From assembly GCA_003693705.1 (NCBI GenBank), contig RBZT01000562.1, positions 1-64,000 of the forward strand: a DNA stretch of 64,000 nt, written 5' to 3'. Position numbers and translations under genes: made by a program. Below the pieces are notes generated by a model. It searched no databases. It saw only the letters and a program-made list of their open reading frames with translations, and was not told the DNA's origin. The stretch's first letter is position 1. Every line of letters begins with the position of its first letter. This DNA is from Polymyxa betae A26-41. Lineage: Eukaryota > Protista > Endomyxa: Phytomyxea. Below are positions 14,900 through 24,097 of this stretch, piece after piece.

Positions 14900-15053
14900 G
14901 AAGACCCCTTGATAATGGCAAGCGCGGTGCCGGGCCAGATCGCGCCCGTCTGTACTTGATGGATTCGGCCCAGAGCACGAACGCGCGATCTGTGACAAGG
15001 CGGTGGGCGTGCACGACCTGGCCACGAGCTGTGCGCAATGCCTCTTCTGTTGA
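14900..15053 (+). pseudogene. Decayed paralog of the secreted RING gene (copy 2)
   Basis: GAGPDRARLYL, then after a frameshift AICDKAV..ATSCAQCLFC*; intact gene has GAGPERARQYL..GICLDEV..ATSCPH..CFC; similar 3' flank AAACCCTAA..CTGAC. Confidence 0.65.
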
Positions 15054-15307
15054 GCTGCAAGTCGAGAAACCCTAACCTGACATAAACCAACCCTTGTTGG
15101 CTCTGTATTCCGTCTCATCCCATTCCATAACATCTCTTCGATGGCCGAGCCGTACTGCCCCCCATGAGCCGTTTGACCACGAGGCCCCCAGTTGTTTATT
15201 AGGACAGTGGACTGTGGATGGACATAGGCTACCCCCGTGATGCGCCACGGCGTCCGAACGAGCCGCCACCAAACTTCTATCGACATCCCATCCCCAACAC
15301 ACACATA

Positions 15308-15859
15308 ATGTTGGCCGTGTTCGTCATCCTCGCGCTGATGCTGACGTCGACGGTGATGGGGCAGCCGAGGGCGAGGGCGCGGCCGCGCGCCCGCAACATC
15401 CTCTCTGATCGCTACATCGTCAATGCCCTGTTCCAAGCTATTCAGGCTCAGGAACAACTCGACGACGACGACCCCGACCTGGCGCCGAGCCCTCTCCTGG
15501 ACCATCTGGCTCGCTCGCTATCCGAACGGCTCCTCCTAAGTCATGACCGGAACAGGACCGGTTCCACAATTTTCACAGAATCCAGTCACGACGACAACGA
15601 CGACGAGGAAGAGGTCGTCGTCTATCACGTGGACGATCGCGAAGGGGCCGGACCGGAGCGCGCCCGCCAGTATCTGAGCGACAATCGCAACGTCCTGTGC
15701 GGCATCTGCCTGGACGAAGTGAAGCCGGAGGCGACCAGCTGTCCGCACGCCGCCTCCCATTGTTTCTGTATCGCATGCGTCGCCCCGGCCCTGGCCACGA
15801 CGAGATCGCGGAAGCATCTGTGCCCGGTCTGCAGGCAGCCCTGGCAGCACTCAACCTGA
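15308..15859 (+). CDS. Small secreted C3HC4 RING-finger protein (candidate effector E3 ligase), intronless
   Basis: Signal peptide MLAVFVILALMLTSTVMG; Arg-rich then acidic tracts; C-terminal CGICL..CPH..HCFCIAC..CPVCR; no TM. Confidence 0.85.
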   Translation: MLAVFVILALMLTSTVMGQPRARARPRARNILSDRYIVNALFQAIQAQEQLDDDDPDLAPSPLLDHLARSLSERLLLSHDRNRTGSTIFTESSHDDNDDEEEVVVYHVDDREGAGPERARQYLSDNRNVLCGICLDEVKPEATSCPHAASHCFCIACVAPALATTRSRKHLCPVCRQPWQHST

Positions 15860-15866
15860 ACACATC

Positions 15867-15882
15867 AAAACCCTAAAACCCT
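15867..15882 (+). promoter_or_regulatory. Double telo-box-like motif in the 60-bp RING/P4H intergenic spacer
   Basis: AAAACCCTAAAACCCT; regulatory role inferred only. Confidence 0.45.
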
Positions 15883-15919
15883 GACTAAACTGTTTACCGC
15901 TCGTCACACTCGCTTTCGC

Positions 15920-17663
15920 ATGTTTCGCTCGGTCGTAGCCGCCGGCATCGTTGTCTCCATCGCCGTCTATTACCGGCGCCAGCCGCCTCCCGAGGATCAG
16001 CACGACCCCGTCCCAGTCCACGTGACGTTCGTCAACAACGTCGCCGACGACGACCTCGAGCTGTTCTGGTGGGATGCGGACGCCGCCATCGAGCGGTCGA
16101 TGGCGCAGATGGGCCGCGACGGCGGCCGATTCGAATCGGAGACGTACGCGGACCATATCTGGACGTTCAGGAACCTCCAAGGCGTCCTGATCCGCAGCGT
16201 CGTGGTCGACGCCGGCGATGGGCCGCAGCGATTCGCGGCCGTCGTCGATCGCGCCCCGATGGACGAATACGCGAGGCGGACGGGACGCCCATGGCTCAAC
16301 GTCTGGCCCCGAGACCCGGTCCGATATCATATGTGGGGCGAGGGGCCCATCGGCCGGGCCGAGACCGTCGAGGTCGGGTACGGCCATTGGCTGGGCGAAG
16401 GCGGCCCCGATTGGGATGAATTGGGTGAGAAAACTCGAGTCGTTTTCGAAGAAAAAAACCCAAAAGTATTTTACGGGCACTTTTCTCAACCGCTTTTTTT
16501 CAGTGATTTTGTGTTTGATTGGTTTTGGATGAATAGAGTGAGAAAAATTCGACTCGTTTTTCGAAAAAAAAACGGAAAATTTAAGGGCAGTTTTTTCAAA
16601 AGTTTTCTTGGATGATATTATGTTTTATTCGTTTGGCTTTAGCGCAGAAGATGATGACGGTAACGATCACGACTGAGGCGGAGTCTCCGCGGCTTGTCTC
16701 ACTGGCCGGGTTCATGTCGCCGGCCGAATGCGACCAGTTCATTGCCGAGGCGAACGCTCGCGGCGGCTTCCAACGCAGCCTGACGACCGAGTATGATCAT
16801 TGTCGTGGCCATCGCCCCGTCTAACGCTGCGCAGTAAAGGTATCGTAAGCGAGTCGAGGACCAGCTCGACCATCTGGCTGGATACCGCCGAGACACCGCT
16901 CTTCGAGCACGTCTCGCGGCGCATGTTCGCCCTGATGCGCATCGATTATACGCCGGAGCGCGCACGCCGCATCACCGAATCGTTCCAGCTGCTGCATTAC
17001 GGACCCAACCAGCAATACAAGGTTTATAGGGTTTTAGGGTTTGTATCGCTCCCCTTTTTGGCGTTCTTTTCGGTCATCACCGTTAATTGCTTCCTGAGAG
17101 GGCCTGACTGGCTGATTGATTGACGGTGTGATGTGGTCGTACAGCCCCATACGGATTGGTTCGACGTGGACTCGGAAGAGAACGCCCACTACCTGTCAGT
17201 GCTGAAAGGCCGTAATCGGTTCGCGACCTTCTTTCTGTATCTGAGCGATGTCGATGAGGGTGGCGGTCAGTTTATTGTTGCGGCGTGGCGCAACCTCCTC
17301 GCCTGACTCAGTTTCGTTACAGAGACAGCATTCCCTCTGGCGAAAGTAAAAACGCGTTTTTGGCAAACACCGACACATTAGGGTTTAGGGTTTCGATTAG
17401 GGTTTTGAGTATGAAGGGACCTCCGAGGAAGGCTGCCAGAAAGGCCTGCGCATGCGACCGAAGAAGGGCGACGCGATCATCTTCTATTCGATGATGCCAG
17501 GTAACGTGGGCATCGGACTGGCTCCATGTGGTAACGCTATAATGGGACAGATGGGAATCTGGATCCGCAGAGTCTCCATGCCGGCTGTCCGGTCATCCGA
17601 GGCGAGAAATACGCCGCTAATATCTGGTTCTGGGAGCCGACCCGATTCGGCCCGGATCCATAG
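15920..17663 (+). CDS. Prolyl 4-hydroxylase (2OG-Fe(II)) with N-terminal anchor and VHL-beta-like domain; 7 exons
   Basis: SPRL..FMSPAECD, SRTSST.WL, QLLHYGPNQQYKPHTDWF, RFATFFLYLSDVDEGGETAFP, PKKGDAIIFYS, SLHAGCPVIRGEKYAANIWF; introns include 16425-16642, 17022-17143, 17346-17400. Confidence 0.9.
16409..16605 (+). repeat. About 113-bp degenerate tandem duplication spanning the P4H exon 1/intron 1 junction
   Basis: GGATGAATTGGGTGAGAAAACTCGAGTCGTTTTCGAA.. vs GGATGAATAGAGTGAGAAAAATTCGACTCGTTTTTCGAA..; GT at 16425 and 16538. Confidence 0.8.
17022..17042 (+). repeat. Telomere-like repeat beginning at the 5' splice site of a P4H intron
   Basis: AAG|GTTTATAGGGTTTTAGGGTTT. Confidence 0.85.
17378..17406 (+). 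repeat. Telomere-like repeats forming the 3' splice site of a P4H intron
   Basis: TTAGGGTTTAGGGTTTCGATTAG|GGTTTT; only the last AG preserves the frame. Confidence 0.85.
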
Positions 17664-18309
17664 TGCTATAAAACAGACCAATTCAAACCCTAACCACCGG
17701 CATGGTGGACGGCGCTCTTTACGCTAGGGCTGGGCGCAGACCCCGAGGGTCCATGAACTTCCTTCTGGGATTGATTCGCTCTTGAAGGAGATCGTTGAGA
17801 TTCAACCCAGCAGAGGGCTGAAAAACCTGGTTTGGAAGGGCTGGAACCTGTTGGCCCAATCCTGCAGGGATGATCAACCTAACACTGTTTCGATCTCATG
17901 CTGGTCACTCAGCTTCTATTTCATACTGACTATCAGATCGGACATTCGTCTATGTAAGCGTTCTGCAGCAGTATTGTTTGTTTCTGCTTTCATAGTGCTG
18001 TATTGACGCCGGTTATGTTGCATTTGCAGTATTCGGTCCTGTTGTCTGATAGGGTCCTATAAACAAATGATTTATTATGAAAATTGTTGTGAGTTTCCTT
18101 TTTCCGGTTACAAAATCGGAATTTTTTTTATTTGTTTCAACCTTTTTTTGTTACTGCTGAGAAGCGGGCTGCTGTCCTGTGGCAACAATTGCGCAGTTAC
18201 GCAGTTTGTGTGGGACAGGTTGCGCGACCTAAATCCCGTACGGACCCCGTGCGGGCCGAATATCCATCCATCCCTTTCTGCAGATCTGCAATCTCCCCGT
18301 CAGCCAACG

Positions 18310-21300
18310 ATGCGAAAGGTCGTGGACGCGCGCGTCCGCCAGCTGATCGAGAACGGCGTCGCCCAGCGCCACCGCTCCATGTTCGTGATGGTGGGCGACA
18401 AAGGCCGTGATCAGATCGTCAATCTGCACTATATGCTGACCAAGGCCCAGACCGGCAAAACCAAACCCAAAGTCCTCTGGGCCTATAAAAAGGATCTCGG
18501 ATTCGCCTCGCACCAACAGAAACGCTCCAAGCAAATCAAGCGCGAGGTCACGAAAACCGTGGAGTAGTACGACTGTGCGGCTGATTGCTCTGTTTTAGAT
18601 TAAGCGTGGAGTTCGCGATCCGGACGCGCACGATCCGTTCGAGCTGTTTCTGACGTCGACGGAGATTCGGTTCTGTTACTATAAAGATTCGCACAAGATT
18701 CTCGGGAAGACGTTCCAGATCTGCGTCCTGCAGGATTTCGAGGCGCTGACGCCGAACCTGCTGGCCCGGACCGTGGAGACCGTCGAGGGTGGCGGACTTG
18801 TGATCCTGTTGCTGAAGACGATGACGTCGCTGCGAGCGATGTTCGCGATGGCCATGGACGTGCACTCGAGGTTCCGTACCGAGGCCCATACGGATGTGGT
18901 GCCCCGTTTCAACGAACGCTTCATCCTGTCGCTGGCCCAGTGCCAGCAGTGCCTCGTCGTCGACGATGAACTCAACATCCTGCCGTTGTCGTCGCATGCC
19001 CGATCCATGACCAAGGCGACCCCCGGGTCCCTCGATATCGACCAGGAGCTCGTCGACCTCCAGGTACACACTGAGTTTTACGTTACACTTTGTTTACGTT
19101 ACACTCTGTTTACGTTACACGTTTACGTTACTCATGTTGTGGTAGCGATCGTTATCGGGCGTGCATCCGGCCTGTGAGATGGTGGGGATGTGCAAGACGC
19201 TGGACCAGGCCCAGTCTCTGATGCAGCTGATCAACTGTATCCAGGAGGCTGATACCAAGTCTGTGGTGTCGCTGACCGCCGGTCGTGGTCGTGGGAAGTC
19301 CGCCTGTCTCGGGTTGGCGATCGCCTCAGCGATCAGCTGCGGCCTCAGCAACATCTTCATCTGCGCGCCGTCCGCCGAAAACCTCGGCACCGTCTTCGAT
19401 TTCGTCTTCAAAGGATTCGACGCCCTCGACTACGCCGAGCACGTCGACTACGAGATTCTGCGATCCAAGACGACGGGCGACGTCGTCAAGGTCAATGTCC
19501 ATCGCGAGAACCGCCGCCAGACCATTCAGTTCATTCACGCCAAACACTCCGACAAACTCCTCAACTGTGAGCTCCTGCTGATCGACGAGGCCGCTGCCAT
19601 CCCGCTCGTACTAGTCCGAGACTTGATGGGCCCGTACGTCACGGTCTTGTCGTCCACCATCAACGGATACGAAGGCACTGGTCGCTCTCTATCCCTGAAA
19701 CTGTTCGCCGGATTGCGGAAACAGCGCCAGGGCGCGCCCTTCGTCGAGCTGGCCCTCGAGCAGCCCATCCGATACGGGGGTGGGGACCCGGTCGAGTCGT
19801 GGTTGAATCGCGTCCTGTGTCTCGACTGTCAGCCGGCCCCGATTACGAGCGCGGCCCCGCACCCGTCCACGTGTCAACTGTTCTACGTGAATCGCGACAC
19901 GTTGTTCTCGCACCATGCGCAGTCCGAGACGTTCCTGCAGCGACTCATGGCGCTGTTCGTCACGTCGCACTACAAGAACACGCCCAACGATCTGCAGATG
20001 ATGTCGGACGCGCCCGCCCATCACCTCTTCGTCCTGCTGGGACCGGATCCGGCGCCGATGCCCGACGTCCTGGCCGTCGTCCAGATCGCCTTGGAAGGGA
20101 ACTTGAAGGCGTCGTCGGTGGCCACGAATCAGTCGCGTGCGGCCCAGCCGAGCGGCGATCTGATTCCGTGGACGATCTCGCAGCAGTTCCAGGACAACGA
20201 GTTCGCCGCTTTGCGAGGCGCGCGTGTCGTCCGTGTTGCCGTGCACCCCAATCTGCAACGAATGGGATACGGGACTCGGGCTCTTGCTCTGCTTAAAACC
20301 TATTTCTCCGGACAGATGGTGGGCGTGTACGACGACCCGGTGGATATGGCGTCGCCGGCGGCCGTCGCTGCCACCGGTGATCTGCTTACCGAGGTGATCG
20401 CACCGCGATCCGGCTTACCGCCGATTCTGACGGCGTTGGATGAGCGTCCTGCCGAGCACGTCGACTATGTCGGGACGTCATTCGGCCTGTCGCAATCGCT
20501 GATGAACTTCTGGGTGAAGGCCGCCTTCGAGCCTGTCTATCTGCGCCAGACGCAGAACGAGATCACTGGAGAGCATTCCATCATCATGCTGTCGGCGCTG
20601 GGCGACAACCGCGCCTGGCTCCCGAATTACGTCGCCGATTTCCGCCGCCGATTCATCCACCTGCTGCCGATGTCATTCCCATCGATGCCGGTCCAGCTGG
20701 CGTTGGCGATTGTGGCGCCGTCGTCGGCCGTCATCTCCGGCGCTGCCCGCGCGCCTGCTGAAGATACCAAGACCATCACCGTCAACGAACTGCGAACGAT
20801 GTTCTCCGAGTACGACCTGCGTCGTCTGGAGGCGTATTCCCGCTCGATGGTTGATTATCATCTGGTGTTGGATTTGGTCCCGTCGATTGTGCGCCTGATG
20901 TTCCAAGATCGGCTGGGCGTGGCGGTTCGCACTAGCTTCACGCAGGCAGCTCTGGCCATCGGGCTCGGCCTGCAGTTCAAATCTGTGGATCAGCTGCATC
21001 AGGAGCTGCAGATTGAGCCGAATCAGGTCCTGGCGTTGTTCAATAAGCTGATTCGGAAAGTGGTGGCGATGTTCCGGTCGTTGGAAGAGGAGGATGTTCG
21101 CAAGACAATGCACGCTTCCGGAGAGCTGAAGTTCACAGCGCTGGGACAGAATCTTGATAAGGAGATGAGCGAAGCTGCTCGCGAGACCCAGAAAAAATTG
21201 GCGGAGAAGCAGAAGGCTCTGCTGAGCAGCTCGGATTTAAAAGAGTACGCGATCACACAGACCAATGATCAATGGGCGGCCGCGCTGCCGACTGGTGGTG

Positions 21301-21437
21301 ATGCTGTCCCATCGTCGATCGCATTGCCTTCGACGAAGAGGCGAAAACCTGACGAGACTGTTGCCCAGACAAAATCGAAAAGTAAAGATAAGAAAAGCAA
21401 AAAGTCGACTTTCAAGAAATCGAAACAACGTCAATAA
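18310..21437 (+). CDS. NAT10: RNA cytidine acetyltransferase NAT10/Kre33
   Basis: MRKVVDARVRQLIENGV..HRSMFV, LQDFEALTPNLLART, AGRGRGKSA, IDEAAAIP, SSTINGYEGTGR, SHYKNTPNDLQ, RVAVHP..MGYG; introns 18547-18598 and 19064-19145. Confidence 0.97.
19076..19132 (+). repeat. Intronic minisatellite, core TTTACGTTACAC x4 (13-16 bp units)
   Basis: TTTACGTTACACTTTG TTTACGTTACACTCTG TTTACGTTACACG TTTACGTTAC. Confidence 0.9.
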
Positions 21438-21472
21438 ACTGTCTAATGTATGAAATTATGCTATTTTTCAGG

Positions 21473-23242
21473 TTACAGTATAACCACGATGGCAGTTATA
21501 TTATCTTGACTGCCCCTATCGTAAGCCAGTTGAGTCAACGCTTCTGAGGCACGCTGAGCCCTGCCGTTTTCCGTTTCGTGCACGAATTTGGCGACGAATT
21601 CAGCGGCTTCCTGATCTGACAGTACGTCCCAGACACCATCGCATGCAATGATTACAGCGACGTCGTCATTCTCCAATGCGGTTCTGCCTGGACCCAGATC
21701 AGAACATTGCCAGCATCGATCGTTGATCTTACTAATATACGGTTCGACAGAGACTGAAGGTTTCAGATGATGGTCACCAAATGCTCGCGATACAGCCTGT
21801 TTGGATCAAAGAGCAATCAGAATTTGCCAAAAAATCATTCACATCCTCCATAATTTAAATACAAAAGGTTATAAAGAGAGTAACGATTAGAGATTCCAAC
21901 AAACTTCCCAACGAAAATTTGCAACAGTTTCATTGGGGGAAAACGGGGGGAAAGGCTTAATACTGGCTAAACTGCCCAATCTTTACGACAATGTTAGAAA
22001 TGAATAGAAATGAAACCCTGCCAAAAAGCTTTCAAAACAAAACTGGGCCGTGGCTTCTTACAAGTACGCCGTTGACACGGCCTCCAATAACAAACCCGCC
22101 AGCTTTGTTGACGCGCTCCATCTCAGTCGTAGAGTTCGGTTTATGATCAAACGATATCCGAGAGCTATATACCTACAATCACTTCAGCGATGCATCAAAC
22201 TGCAAAATCCAACGCACGTTGTTCGAAGCCTTGACCAGAACGGATCGCGCATCGCCGACGTTGGCGCTATAAAGCACACGCTGGCCGGATTCTTGATGAA
22301 TGAGACAAACGGCCACTGTGGCTCCTTAACATTCTTAAGTTTATCTGTCGGCTTTCCTTTGAGGTGCTTACCAGATTCCAAAATTGACCGTCTTCTCATT
22401 TGAGCATCGGTGACCTGAACATAAAATAAGAGTGTGAATCAAACAGGACTAGCGATCCCATACGAAGAACGCCGACTCAATTCGATCGTTGATGGACAAG
22501 TTCGGGTTGGGGTCTGAAAGCGCACGTTCGAGGTTCTTCTATGAATTCAGCAACATCAAACAGGAGCTGAGAGCAGTTTACAATAGGAAAGCTTCGAACG
22601 CAGAACTCGGCAGCTCCACGACCACCATGACCATCAAAACAACAGAAAAGCCCCTAGACGAGCTTTAAAAAAAGTGTCATTCAAGAAAGGTCGTCTCTCA
22701 TACACTAGATTTTTGGTGCCCGAACGAATCGATTAGCAGGTAATCGTCTTCCATATGCGGTCGACGACCTTGTAATTCAAAGCATCCGGCGTCTTTAACA
22801 GAGGTCCACCTTGTTTTAATTAGCAGTCAGCGTCAATAGAATATTGCTATTTTCACCTATGATCAACCGGAAGTCGTTCAATATCCCAGAATTCATTCTG
22901 CAGCTGCTTCTTAGAAGTCAGAACAGCTATTCTCGCCTGCCTCATTCGAATCACGAAATCCTGAACGCCTTCAGCGTTTTCGCTGACGGCAATGAAATCG
23001 TCGTCGTTCGGATCGATGCTAAATCCAGCTGCATCCAGCAACGATAGCGAATGCCTCAAATGTCCAATTCGTTCCTTGAAGTTGATATTTGATAGACGAA
23101 TGCGATAGTATCTCGGATTATCCGGGTGATCGATGAGATTATTGATATAGATGAGGGCGGTGTCCAGGCCCTCGATCACGTCAATGGGATTGTTGCCCGG
23201 GTCGGATCGCATCTGGCCGAGGCATGCCTCGACCGTTGCCAT
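21473..23242 (-). CDS. PP2C (PPM) phosphatase with N-terminal PUB domain; multi-exon
   Basis: PUB-like YINNLIDHPDNPRYYRIRLSNINFKERI..LLDAAGF; PP2C motifs QGRRPHMED, FDGHGG, NVGDAR.VL, RVNGVLAVSRAFGD, IIACDGVWD, GSQDNIT. Confidence 0.85.
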
Positions 23243-24097
23243 CACACAATCGCAAGCTGAATGATGACGGCACCATCAACCGTCACAGGACGATCGAGAG
23301 AGAATCTCAATGGGAGAGGCGATTGGTAACGTCAGAGGGTCCCTCTATGAGACTCTTATGACCCATCGGGCTCAGTACGGAGCGGCCTCGTCTATATTTG
23401 ATGATTTGATTTAAAAAGGCGATGAGATGCTGGGGTCACTTGATGGCCCCATCAGCAGGTTGACACATGGGGCGGCCTCGTTAAGAAGGGGGTGATGGGG
23501 TCGCTGGTGTGATATCTGTCGCTCTTCTACTTAATTGTTCGGGATTGGCTTTTGTAACTTGCTCGCGTCAAATTTTTCACTGGGCAGAAGTAGTTTTCAT
23601 GATTCATGAATGAGATACGGATCCTGTTTCGCTGTTTTTCGCAATTTTGGAATCGTCTTCGAGTTACTGCATTGTGTGACAGGTTACGCCATTGATGCAT
23701 AATGTATAAAAGTGAGAAGAGAGCAGGAGTATATAGGCCTCTAAGCTGAGAGCCTGGTCGACACATTGAGGTTTACGATTGGCGGCTAACGCCAACCGGT
23801 GGGAAAATTATTCAATCTGTTGGTGTGATCGGCGAGACCTCAAGACTCCATGGCGGTTGCCGAAGCGAGATTGCCAACGCAAGTTGCTGAGGTCGAGCCA
23901 GACGAAGCCGTATTTTTTAAATTAGATAGAGGTATCAAACTAGCTTGAGTATCAAGCATCAAAGAGAACTGAAACGAAACGAACTGGGTTTGAACGCAAA
24001 GCTTGTCTAAATCAGAGATGGCTCGGCAATGATACTATGGACAATTGATTAGAACTATTACAGCCACCATTATATATATTAGACGAGGTAGTTATTA

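Noticed and set aside
23465-23505. GCGGCCTC..GGGGTGATGGGGTC shared with the kinase intron at about 10337-10397
   Set aside because: Short, low-complexity match; cannot support a dispersed element without a genome search.
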